A stretch of 64,000 bases of DNA from contig OZ219789.1 of NCBI GenBank assembly GCA_964291285.2, positions 160,001 through 224,000 on the forward strand. Direction: 5' to 3'. Below, piece by piece: positions 9,131 through 18,600 of this stretch (positions are counted from its first letter, which is position 1; each line of letters starts with the position of its first letter). A program made the position numbers and the translations under genes. The notes under the pieces are model-generated. The model was not told the origin of the DNA. It worked only from the letters and a program-made list of their open reading frames with translations, and searched no databases. This DNA is from Alphaproteobacteria bacterium (GTDB taxonomy: Bacteria; Pseudomonadota; Alphaproteobacteria; Bin95).

Positions 9131-11271
9131 AGGCGCTCCGTGTCCTTCTGCTGTTGAGCCTGGCGATAGGCTCCGGCGCAGCGGCTCAAACCGGCGCCGG
9201 CACGGGGCGCGACCCCCTGGTCTTCCGGGCGGACCGGATCGATTTCGACCGCGAGCGCAATCTCGTGACGGCCGATGGCGATGTCGAACTGGCCCGGGAA
9301 GGACGCATCCTGCGCGCGGACCGGATCGTCCTCGACCGCAATACCGGCATTGCGCGCGCGGACGGGGATGTCACGCTGATCGAACCGGACGGCGAGGTGC
9401 TGTACGCCGATTCGGTGGAGCTTACGGATGACCTCAGGGACGGCTTCATCGAGCAGTTCAAGGCCCGGCTCGGCACCGGTTCGCGACTGGCGGCAAGCTG
9501 GGGCCGGTTGCAGGGTGGAACGCGGGCCGAGCTCAACCAGGCCGTGTATTCCGCCTGCGAGCCCTGCGGCGAGGACCCGTCCGAACCACCCCTCTGGCAG
9601 GTAAAGGCGCGCCGCGTCATCCATGACAGGGTCCAGCAACAGGTGACTTACCGGGACGCCGTGCTGGAGATGTGGGGGGTGCCGGTGCTCTACAGCCCCT
9701 ATCTCAGCCATCCGGATCCGGAGGTGACCCGCAAGACCGGCTTCCTGACGCCGACGGTCGGGCATCGCAGCGACCTCGGCGCCCGGATCGAAACGCCGTG
9801 GTTCTGGAATATCGCGCCGGACCGGGACGCGACCCTTATCCCGATCATCGCCAGCGAGCGCGGCTTCGTGGGTGCCGGCGAATACCGGCAACTGTTCGAC
9901 CGGGGGCGCCTGGAGCTGTCCGGCAGCCTTGCGATGCTCGACAAGGAACCGAAAGAGCGGGCCGGAAGCGGGCCGCGCGGACATGTCCGTCTCAAGGGCG
10001 AGGCGCATGCCGGCGCCGACTGGCGGCTCCGGGGCGAGTTCTACCGGACCTCGGACGACGGCTATCTCGATCTGGTCGGGCTGGACAGCAGCGAGACATT
10101 GCCCAGCTTCGCGGAAGCGGAAGGCTTCTTCGACCGCGCCTATGTGCGCGTGGGCGCATTCGATGTGCAGGAACTGCGAAGCGGCATTTCCGGGGACGTG
10201 TCCCCGTTGGCGGCGCCCGAGTTCCTCTATGAGTGGCAGGGCCGTCCCTCGCCGGACGGCGCCTGGTCGATGCGGGCCGCCGGCGCCGCCCTGCACCGGC
10301 GCCGCGATGACGAGAACCAGCGCGTGACGCTCGAAGGCGGCTGGCGGCTGGAGCGCTTCACCGACGGCGGCCACCGGCTTGAAGCCGGCGCGGGCCTGCG
10401 GGGCGACTTCGCGCATGGGGACCTTGTGCGTAAGGACACAGCCGCGGACGACAATAATGCCCGCCTGCTGCCGCGGGCCTCCGCCGGCTGGAGCTACCTG
10501 TTGGCCGGCGGCATGGAAGACCTGCAGCTGACGCTCGAGCCCAGGGCGCAGATCGTGCTCGGCCGGAACAGCGCCGATGCAGACGAATTCCCGATGGAGG
10601 ACAACCAGGCCGTCGAGTTCGAGTATGCCAACCTGTTCGCCCTCAACAGGTTTCCGGGCCTGGACGGCGCGGAGACGGGCCAGCGCATCGACTACGGGGT
10701 GCAGACCGGCCTTCACGGCGCCGGCGACTGGCATGTGGACGCCGGCATCGGGCAGAGCCGGCGCCGGAAGGCGAACCCGGATGCGCCCGAGGACTCCGGG
10801 CTCGATACGGCCGTGTCCGACATCGTGGGCCGGGTCGGCCTGACGGCCGGAGAGACGACCTCGTTCGGCTACCGCTTCCGTCTCGACAAGGACGACCTCA
10901 CCGCCCGGCAGACCGCCCTCGACCTGTCCATGAACCTGGACCCGTTGTATTTCGACGCCCGCTACGCAAGGGCCGTCGGCGTTCCCGGCCCCTCGCAGGA
11001 GGAGGATGAGGCGGGGAAGGAGCGCGAGCAGGTCGATGTCGTTCTCCTCTCGAAAATGGACGCGAACTGGTCGGCCCTGAGCCGGTACAGGCGGGACCTG
11101 GATACCGGGCGCTCGCTGCTCGGCGGTCTGGGCCTGAAATACGAGGACGAGTGCCTGCTGTTCGAGGCGGCTTTCGAGCGCGAATACAAGATCGCCGGCG
11201 GCGATGCGGACAACCGGGTCACGGTCCGCCTCGTCTTCCGGGACCTGGGCGATACGTTCGCGACGCAGTGA
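9127..11271 (+). CDS. lptD: LPS-assembly outer membrane protein LptD
   Basis: Signal peptide, OstA-like N-terminus (LRADRIVLD), YSACEPC, SHPDPEVTRKTGFL, NLFALNRFPGLD, YEDEC; GTGA overlap with ggt. Confidence 0.9.
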   Translation: MKALRVLLLLSLAIGSGAAAQTGAGTGRDPLVFRADRIDFDRERNLVTADGDVELAREGRILRADRIVLDRNTGIARADGDVTLIEPDGEVLYADSVELTDDLRDGFIEQFKARLGTGSRLAASWGRLQGGTRAELNQAVYSACEPCGEDPSEPPLWQVKARRVIHDRVQQQVTYRDAVLEMWGVPVLYSPYLSHPDPEVTRKTGFLTPTVGHRSDLGARIETPWFWNIAPDRDATLIPIIASERGFVGAGEYRQLFDRGRLELSGSLAMLDKEPKERAGSGPRGHVRLKGEAHAGADWRLRGEFYRTSDDGYLDLVGLDSSETLPSFAEAEGFFDRAYVRVGAFDVQELRSGISGDVSPLAAPEFLYEWQGRPSPDGAWSMRAAGAALHRRRDDENQRVTLEGGWRLERFTDGGHRLEAGAGLRGDFAHGDLVRKDTAADDNNARLLPRASAGWSYLLAGGMEDLQLTLEPRAQIVLGRNSADADEFPMEDNQAVEFEYANLFALNRFPGLDGAETGQRIDYGVQTGLHGAGDWHVDAGIGQSRRRKANPDAPEDSGLDTAVSDIVGRVGLTAGETTSFGYRFRLDKDDLTARQTALDLSMNLDPLYFDARYARAVGVPGPSQEEDEAGKEREQVDVVLLSKMDANWSALSRYRRDLDTGRSLLGGLGLKYEDECLLFEAAFEREYKIAGGDADNRVTVRLVFRDLGDTFATQ

Positions 11272-11294
11272 GTCCTGCCCTGCGGGCGGCGGGC

Positions 11295-12509
11295 TCAGAC
11301 AACGCCCTCGGCGCGGAGCGTCCCGATCTCCGCTTCCGAATAACCGATCTCGGAGAGGATTTCGTCGCTGTTTGCGCCGTGCTCGGGCGGCGGACGGGCG
11401 GTGCCGGGGCCGTCGGTATCGGCAAGGAAGGCCGGATTGACGGTATAGACATCGCGCTCGATGCCCGCCGGTCCCGGGCGGCGTTCGATGAACCGCCTCT
11501 CGGCCAGGGCCGGATGGGCGAGCGCTTGGGCAATATCGTTGATCGGCGCGGCCGGAACGCCGGCGGCCGCCAGGTGCTCCTCCCACCCGTCCGGCGTATC
11601 GCTGGCGAACGCCTCCTCCAGCTCCTCCCGAAGCGCATCCGCATTGGCCCGTCGCGCCTCGTTGTCGGCGAAGCGCGGGTCGGCCTGAAGCTCGGGTCGT
11701 CCAAGTGCTTCGCAGAGCCCCTGCCACTGGCGCTCGGTCAGGCAGGTCATCAGGAGAGACCCGTCCTTGACGCGGAAGGAATCCGCCGTGGGAATGCGCG
11801 CCGGCGAGGAATTACCGACCGGCGCGGCCAGGCTGCCGGTGGTCAGGTAGTCGATCAGCAGCGGCGCGAGCATGGACAGCGACGACTCGAACATCGTCAC
11901 GTCCAGGCGCTGGCCCTCGCCCGTCGCCTGCTGGCGGTAGAGCGCCGAGGCGCAGGCGAAGGCGGCGGTGATGCCGGTGGAGAGGTCGACCGCGGTGAAG
12001 CCGGCGCGCACCGGTCCCGTATCGGGATGGCCCGTGACGGACATCATGCCCGAGGCCGCCTGGATGGCGCCGTCATAGGCCGGCGCGCCGGCATAGTCGC
12101 CGGTCTGCCCGTAGCCCGAGATCGAACAGAAGACGAGGCCCGGCCGGACCGCCTTCAGCGCCTCGTAGCCGAAGCCCAGCCGGTCCATGGTGCCGGCCTT
12201 GAAGTTCTCCACCACGATGTTCGCCCCGGCGACGAGGCGGTGCACCACCTCGCGGGCGCGGGGATGCTTGAGGTCGAGCGTGAGCGCGCGCTTGCCCGAG
12301 TTGATCGACAGGAACATCGGCGACATGCCGACGCGCCCGAGATCGTTGTCGCCGATCAGGTAGCGGCCCTGGTCGCCGCCGGTCCGCTGTTCCAGCTTGA
12401 TGACGTCGGCGCCCATCATCGCCAGGTGCTGGGTGCAGAACGGGCCGGCGATCACCTGCGTGAAGTCGATCACCCGCACCCCGTCAAACGCCTTCGCCAT
12501 GGCCCGCAT
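11295..12509 (-). CDS. CaiB/BaiF class III CoA-transferase
   Basis: GVRVIDFTQVIAGPFC, NSGKRALTLDLK, ENFKAG, SISGYGQTG motifs; start 12509 or 12500. Confidence 0.93.
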   Translation of the reverse strand: MRAMAKAFDGVRVIDFTQVIAGPFCTQHLAMMGADVIKLEQRTGGDQGRYLIGDNDLGRVGMSPMFLSINSGKRALTLDLKHPRAREVVHRLVAGANIVVENFKAGTMDRLGFGYEALKAVRPGLVFCSISGYGQTGDYAGAPAYDGAIQAASGMMSVTGHPDTGPVRAGFTAVDLSTGITAAFACASALYRQQATGEGQRLDVTMFESSLSMLAPLLIDYLTTGSLAAPVGNSSPARIPTADSFRVKDGSLLMTCLTERQWQGLCEALGRPELQADPRFADNEARRANADALREELEEAFASDTPDGWEEHLAAAGVPAAPINDIAQALAHPALAERRFIERRPGPAGIERDVYTVNPAFLADTDGPGTARPPPEHGANSDEILSEIGYSEAEIGTLRAEGVV

Positions 12510-12599
12510 CTCCCCCCGTGCCGCTGCGGCAATACTAGCCCCTGTCGGCAACATGCGGAATCCGGCAGACTCGACCCTCCCGCAATTCAGGAATGCCTT

Positions 12600-13271
12600 A
12601 TGCGACCGCGCGACGCCGCCACGCTGATTCTCTTTCGCCGCCAGGCAGGGGACATCGAGGTGCTGATGGGGCGCCGGTCTCCCCGCCACGCCTTCATGCC
12701 CAACACCTTCGTGTTTCCCGGCGGCAGGGTCGATCCCGAAGACGGGCGTGTCCGGCCGCTGGGAGACCTTCGCAAGCCCGTGCTCGATCGCCTGCAACGC
12801 AACGCGACGCCGAGGCGCGCCCGGGCGCTCGGTCTGGCCGCGATCCGGGAGGCGTTCGAGGAAACCGGGCTCGCCGTCGGCGCGCCGCATGGCGGACGGC
12901 CGGACATGGACCGCATCCCGGCCTCCTGGCATCCCTTCTACGAGACCGGCCTCGCCCCCCGGCTCGACGTGCTCGACTACGTGTTCCGGGCGATCACGCC
13001 GCGCGGCGACGTGCGGCGCTTCCACGCGCGCTTCTTCCTCGCCGACAGCCGCCATGCCGAGGGCGAGCTCGGCGGCAGCGGGGAGTTGCAGGACCTGCAG
13101 TGGATCGCCATCGACCGCGCCGTCGCGATGCCCGCCACGCCCGGCGTCACCGCCAGGGCGCTGGAGGAAGTGCGGCACCGGACGGCCGAAGCCGGGCGCC
13201 CGCATCCGTCCCATCCGGTGCCGCTCTACCACGGCACCCGGTATGGCGACCGGGTCCGCCTCGACCCCTGA
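12600..13271 (+). CDS. NUDIX hydrolase
   Basis: RDAATLIL, VFPGGRVD, AAIREAFEETGL Nudix box, RRFHARFF. Confidence 0.9.
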   Translation: MRPRDAATLILFRRQAGDIEVLMGRRSPRHAFMPNTFVFPGGRVDPEDGRVRPLGDLRKPVLDRLQRNATPRRARALGLAAIREAFEETGLAVGAPHGGRPDMDRIPASWHPFYETGLAPRLDVLDYVFRAITPRGDVRRFHARFFLADSRHAEGELGGSGELQDLQWIAIDRAVAMPATPGVTARALEEVRHRTAEAGRPHPSHPVPLYHGTRYGDRVRLDP

Positions 13272-13298
13272 CCCCTGCAAAGGAGCGCAGTCCTTCCC

Positions 13299-13982
13299 AT
13301 GTTGATCGAACAGCGCAGCTACGACTTCCACCCCGGCCGCATGGACGCCTGGCTGGAGATGTACGGCCGGCTCGGCATGCCCGCCTCGGACCGCCATATG
13401 GGTCCGAGCCTCGGCTGCTTCACCACCGTCATCGGCCCGGTCAACCGCTTCGTCTTCCTGCGCGGCTATGACGACATCGACGCGCGCGACGCCGGCCAGG
13501 CCGCCCGGGCGAAGGACCCGCAGTGGCAGGAGTTCCGGAAGGAGGCGGGCGCGCTCGGGGCGCTGAAATACCAGGAAAGCAAGTTCGTCCGCCCGACGGC
13601 TTTCCCGCCCGTGCAGAGCGAGGCCGACCTGCCGTGGAAGCGCACCCTTCCCGGCACAGGCATGATCGTGGACCACCGCACCTACGACATGCATCCCGGC
13701 AAGGGCGGCGCCTGGCTCGACGCCTACCGCGATGTCGGCCTCGCCGTGCAGCGCCGCCATCTCGGCCAGCTGCTCCTGTTCGCCACCACCGAGGTCGGCC
13801 CGATCAACCAGGCCGTCTTCATGTGGGCCTATGAGAGCATCGGCGACCGCGAGCGCCGGCGGGCCGGCATGGAGCAGGACCCGGGCTGGGCCGCGTTCCG
13901 CCTGCGCCACCAGCCGTTCCTCGCGCTCAAGCAGCAGACGAACCAGCTTCTGGAGCCGACCGCCTTCTCGCCCGTCCGCTGA
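13299..13982 (+). CDS. NIPSNAP family protein (two tandem domains)
   Basis: Two repeats (LIEQRSYDFHPGR / MIVDHRTYDMHPGK ... W.Y...RE..RA); AAGGAG SD. Confidence 0.88.
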   Translation: MLIEQRSYDFHPGRMDAWLEMYGRLGMPASDRHMGPSLGCFTTVIGPVNRFVFLRGYDDIDARDAGQAARAKDPQWQEFRKEAGALGALKYQESKFVRPTAFPPVQSEADLPWKRTLPGTGMIVDHRTYDMHPGKGGAWLDAYRDVGLAVQRRHLGQLLLFATTEVGPINQAVFMWAYESIGDRERRRAGMEQDPGWAAFRLRHQPFLALKQQTNQLLEPTAFSPVR

Positions 13983-14010
13983 ATGGCGGGCTCCGGGAGG
14001 ACACCCCCGG

Positions 14011-14093
14011 CATGTCATGAGATGTCATGTTTTGTCATGCGGGCCCGGCAGGACACTGCGCAACATGTCATGAAGTGTCATGTTTTCCATGCG
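14011..14093. repeat. Two blocks of 10-bp-phased TGTCATG direct repeats
   Basis: CATGTCATGAGATGTCATGTTTTGTCATGCG (14011-14041) and CATGTCATGAAGTGTCATGTTTTCCATGCG (14064-14093), starts 53 bp apart. Confidence 0.9.
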
Positions 14094-14099
14094 CAGGGT

Positions 14100-14464
14100 T
14101 CATATGCTGTAGCCGTTTCTGGCATGAAGCCGTCCACTCTTCGGTCTCCTTCTGCGTCTTGCGTTGACCGTCGCCCCGGCCCCGGAGCCGGGGTGACGAT
14201 AGGGGCTTGCGGACGAGGTCATTGCGGCCTGCACGGAGCCGGTCCTACCACCCGCCGGGGCCGGCGCCTCCACCTCCGGCTGCGGGACCCAGGCGTCGAG
14301 GTCGTTCGCCGGCTCCCCGGCAGGTGCGGGCACAGACTCGGGCAGATGGGCGGCGGCCCGGCGCTCATCTCCTCCACATAGGCCGTGGCAAGGGCCGCGG
14401 CGGCCGGCGCGAGCCTTTCGGCCGGCATCGCGGCCAGCCCGGGGCGGGGGTCGGTTGCCGTCAT
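14100..14464 (-). pseudogene. Probable frameshifted or internally deleted hypothetical gene
   Basis: Strong SD (GAAGGAGGA) and ATG 14464 MTATDPRPGLAAMPAERLAPAAAALATAYVEEM; GC3-rich codons continue in a different frame (HLPESVPAPAGEPANDLDAWVPQPEVEAP). Confidence 0.45.
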
Positions 14465-14695
14465 CGTTCCTCCTTCTCCGACGGGGAGCGGGTCCCTGTT
14501 TCCGCGCGTATCCTGCGCGGGCGCCCGCGCCTGCCCGGGCGCGTGTCGGCGCCGGCGCGGTTCGCGCGCCTGATTGCGCGCGCGAGGCAGAGGGCGCACG
14601 TCTCCCGTCGGCTTCTCACGGGTTTTCAGAAACTGGCGCCGCTCGGCCGCGCAGCACCCGGGGACGCGGCTCCGGAGTCCGCTTCCCTGGGGACC

Positions 14696-14737
14696 ATCAT
14701 ACCACAATCCGTCAGATGTCAAGATCAAAAAGCGAAC
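14696..14737 (-). promoter_or_regulatory. Sigma70-like promoter with adjacent LexA-like box
   Basis: Minus strand GTTC-gcttttt-GATC immediately followed by TTGACA-N15-TATGAT, with an extended -10 TGg. Confidence 0.55.
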
Positions 14738-14877
14738 AAAAATCAAAATCATTAGATTTTTTTCATGATTCCGCTAGGGCAGGAAACATGAAGCAGGGAT
14801 TCGGGTTGCGGTTGAGGACGGCCGGCGGCGGGGGCAAGATGGAAGCGGTATCCGGTAGCGGTCGGCGGACGAGGGCG

Positions 14878-15678
14878 ATGAGGCTGAAGGACAAGGTGGC
14901 GCTGGTGGTCGGCGCCGGACAGCAGGACGGCGACACGGTCGGCAACGGCCGCGCGGCGGCGGTCCTGTTCGCGCGCGAAGGGGCGAAGGTGGTGGCGGTG
15001 GACAACAACCTGTCGTCTGCCGAGGAGACCGCGGCCATGATCCGCGCCGAGGGCGGCGACTGCGCCCCCGTGAGGGGCGACGTGACCGACAACGGGGACT
15101 GCGCGGCGTTCGTCAAGGCCTGCACCGACCGGCACGGGCGCATCGATATCCTGCACTACAATGTCGGCATTACCGGAGACGGGCTGGACAACGACCCGAT
15201 GACGCTGCCGGAAGAGGTCTGGGACCGGGTGATGGACGTCAACCTGAAGGGCCTCTACCGCACCTCCCGGCTGGTGGTGCCGGTCATGCGCGAGCAGCGG
15301 TCGGGCGCGATTGTCGCGGTCTCCTCGATCATTGCCGTCTGCGCGGCCGACCGCGTGATCTACAAGGCGTCCAAGGCCGGCATGAACGCCTTCTGCCACA
15401 TGCTCGCCAGCACCAATTGGGACTATGGCATCCGCTGCAATGTCATCATGCCGGGCCTGATGGACACGCCCATCTCCATCGGCTACCGCGTCCGCAGGAG
15501 CGGCGTCTCCGCCGAAGAGGTCCGCGCGTCCCGCGACGCCCAGATCCCGCTGAACCGGAAGATGGGGACGGGCTGGGACACGGCCCATGCCGCATTGTTC
15601 CTCGCCTCGGACGAGGCCCGGTTCATCACCGGCGTCAACCTGCCGGTCGATGGCGGCATGACCGCCCGCATCGGCTGA
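14878..15678 (+). CDS. SDR family oxidoreductase
   Basis: KVALVVGAG...GNGRA, YKASKAG (YxxxK), PGLMDTP, LPVDGG motifs. Confidence 0.93.
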   Translation: MRLKDKVALVVGAGQQDGDTVGNGRAAAVLFAREGAKVVAVDNNLSSAEETAAMIRAEGGDCAPVRGDVTDNGDCAAFVKACTDRHGRIDILHYNVGITGDGLDNDPMTLPEEVWDRVMDVNLKGLYRTSRLVVPVMREQRSGAIVAVSSIIAVCAADRVIYKASKAGMNAFCHMLASTNWDYGIRCNVIMPGLMDTPISIGYRVRRSGVSAEEVRASRDAQIPLNRKMGTGWDTAHAALFLASDEARFITGVNLPVDGGMTARIG

Positions 15679-15696
15679 CCGCCGGCGCGCAAAGCC

Positions 15697-18600
15697 ATGA
15701 CCGTCAATGAAGCCCCGTACCGGATCGGCGTCGATGTCGGCGGCACCTTCACCGACTTCGTGCTCCGCGACGAGGACACCGGCCGCGTTGCGGTCCACAA
15801 GGTTCCCTCCACGCCCGCCGATCCGTCCGAAGCGGTCCGGAACGGCCTGCCGGCGCTGCTCGAAAAGGCGGGAGCGGGCGCGCATGGAATAGGACAGCTT
15901 CTCCACGCGACAACGGTCGCGACCAACGCGATCATCCAGCGGCGCGGGGCGAAGACGGCGCTGATTACCACGCGCGGCTTCCGCGACGTGCTCATCCTCG
16001 GCCGGCAGAAGCGCTACGAGACCTACGACCTGCACATGCTGAAACCGGACCCGCTGATCCCGCGCGAACGGATCTTCGAGGTGCGGGAGCGGGTGAGTTT
16101 CGAGGGCGAGGTGCTGGAGCCGCTCGACGGGGAAGAGCTTGCGCTGGTCCTGGAACGCATCGCGGAGGGCGGCTACGAGGCGGTCGCCGTGGCGCTGCTG
16201 CACGCCTATGCCAACCCGGCCCATGAGCGGGCCGTCGGCAGGGCCGTCGCCGCACGCCTGCCGGATACGGCGCTCAGCCTGTCGGTCGATGTCTCGCCGA
16301 AACTCAGGGAATATGAGCGCACCAACACCACGGTGGCGAACAGCTTCGTGAAGCCCCTGGTCGGCGCTTACGTGCGGCGGCTGGCGGAAGACTTCGCCGC
16401 TGCCGGCTCAGCGGCCGGGCTTTCCATCATGCAGTCGAACGGCGGGCTCGTCTCGCCCGCGCTGGCAGGTGAATATCCTGTGCGCATCGTCGAGAGCGGC
16501 CCGGCTGCGGGCGTGCTGCTCGCGGGGCGGATCGGAAGGGACATCGGCGCGGACCGCGTGCTCAGCTTCGACATGGGCGGCACCACGGCGAAACTCGGGG
16601 CCATCGACGGGGGCGAGCCGGCGATTGCGCCCGTCTTCGAGGTCGATCCGGTCAGGTTCAAGAAGGGCTCCGGCCTGCCGATCAATGTGCCGGCCGTCGA
16701 GCTGATCGAGATCGGCGCGGGCGGCGGCTCCATTGCCGCGGCCGTGGACGGCGCCATCCAGGTGGGTCCGGAGAGCGCGGGCGCGGACCCCGGCCCCGCC
16801 TGCTACGGCACCGGCGGCCTGCGGCCAACGGTGACGGACGCGAACCTCGCGCTCGGCTACCTCAACCCCGCCTATTTCAACGGCGGCGCGATGGCGCTCG
16901 ACCCGGCTGCGGCCGAGGCGGCGCTCCGCAGCCATGTCGCCGGGCCGCTCGGCCTGTCCGCGGCGGAGGCCGCCTGGGGCGTCCATCTGGTCGCGACCGG
17001 GAATATGGAGCATGCGCTGCGCGTCGTTTCGGTGGAGCGCGGCCGCGACCCCCGCAACTATGCGCTGGTGGCCTTCGGCGGGGCCGGGCCGCTGCATGCG
17101 GCGCGGATCGCGCGCACGCTGGGCGTCCGGCAGGTCGTGGTGCCCCGGGCCGCCGGCGTCGGCTCGGCCGTGGGCATGCTGGCGGCGGAGAGCCGGCTGG
17201 ACGCCTCCGTCACCCGCCTGCTGCGCCTGGACGAGGCCGCGCCCGGGGACATCGCCGCCGTCTATGCCGGGCTGGAGGCGCGGCTGGCGAAGGACCTTGC
17301 CCGCCTGCCCGGGGCATCGGAGCCGGAGTTCCGGCGCTTCGCCTATATGCGGCACACGGGCCAGGGCTTCGAAATCCATGTGGACCTGCCGGCGGGCCCG
17401 ATCGGAGAAGGCTATATCGACGCCTGCGAGGCCGCATTCCGCGCCGCCTACAAGGCCCGCTACCGCACGGAAGACCCGGCAAGCGCGGTCGAGGGCGTGG
17501 ACTGGGCACTGGCGGCCGTGGTTCCGGGCTCGCGGGACTTATCCGCCTTGGAAGCCGGCGCGCGGCCGACCGGCGGGCCGCCGGGCATGAGGCGGGCCTG
17601 GTTCCCCGAGGCGGGCGGCATGACGGAGACGGCGGTCTGGCGGCGCGAGGCCATCGGCCCGGATGCTGTTATCGAGGGACCTGCCATCGTGGAGGACGCC
17701 GAGGCGACGACCGTCATCCCGCCGGGCGACCGCGCGCGGCTCGGGCCGGGCGGCCACCTGCTGATCGACATCGAGCAGGCCGCGGCGCCCGGAGAGGAAC
17801 CGGAAGACCGGGCCGGGCCCGCCGCCGCCGGCCCGTGCAGCGGCGGCAGGGCGGCAGGGACGTCCATCGACCCCATCACCTTCACCGTCATCTGGAACTC
17901 CGTCGTCTCCATCGCCGAGGAGCTCGGCACCACCATGCGGCACACCGCCTTCAGCGAGGCGGTGCGCGAGGGCGACGACTTCTCCACAGCCGTGTTCGAT
18001 GCGAAGGGCCGGATGATCGCGCAGGGCAATTTCTCGCCGGGCCATCTGGGCTCCATGCCCTTCGTCATTCGCCATGCGACCGAGGTTTATCCGCCGGAGA
18101 CGCTGCGGCCCGGCGACAGCATCCTGATGAACGACAGCTGGATGGGGTCCGGCCATTTTCCCGACTTCTTCCAGGTCATGCCGGTGTTCGAGGGAGGAGA
18201 GCTGCTGGGCTATGTGGCGGCCTCGGCCCACCAGATGGACGTGGGCGGCGCGGCGCCCGGCTCGCAGAAGGTCCACGGCGTGACCGAGTCCTTCCAGGAG
18301 GGCTTCCGCATCCTGCCCGTGCGCTTCTGCCGGGAGGGCGAGATCGACCGCGACATCCTGTCGATGGTGCTCGCCAACACCCGCGTGCCGGACAAGGTGC
18401 GCGGCGACGTGATGGCGCAGCACACCGCGAACCTGACCGCCGCCGAGCGCTTCCGCCAGCTTTTCCGGGACCACGGCCGGCCCGTTGTCGAGCAGGCCTT
18501 CGACGACACTCTGGACCGCAGCGAAGCGCGCATGCGCGCCGCGCTGGCGCGGGTGCCGCCGGGCACCTACAGCTTCGACGACCGAATGGACGATTACGGC

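Noticed and set aside
14011-14093. Repeats as a Pho box or CRISPR array
   Set aside because: Pho boxes repeat every 11 bp and lie in promoters, whereas the period here is 10. Only two ~30-bp blocks with a 22-bp gap and no cas genes.
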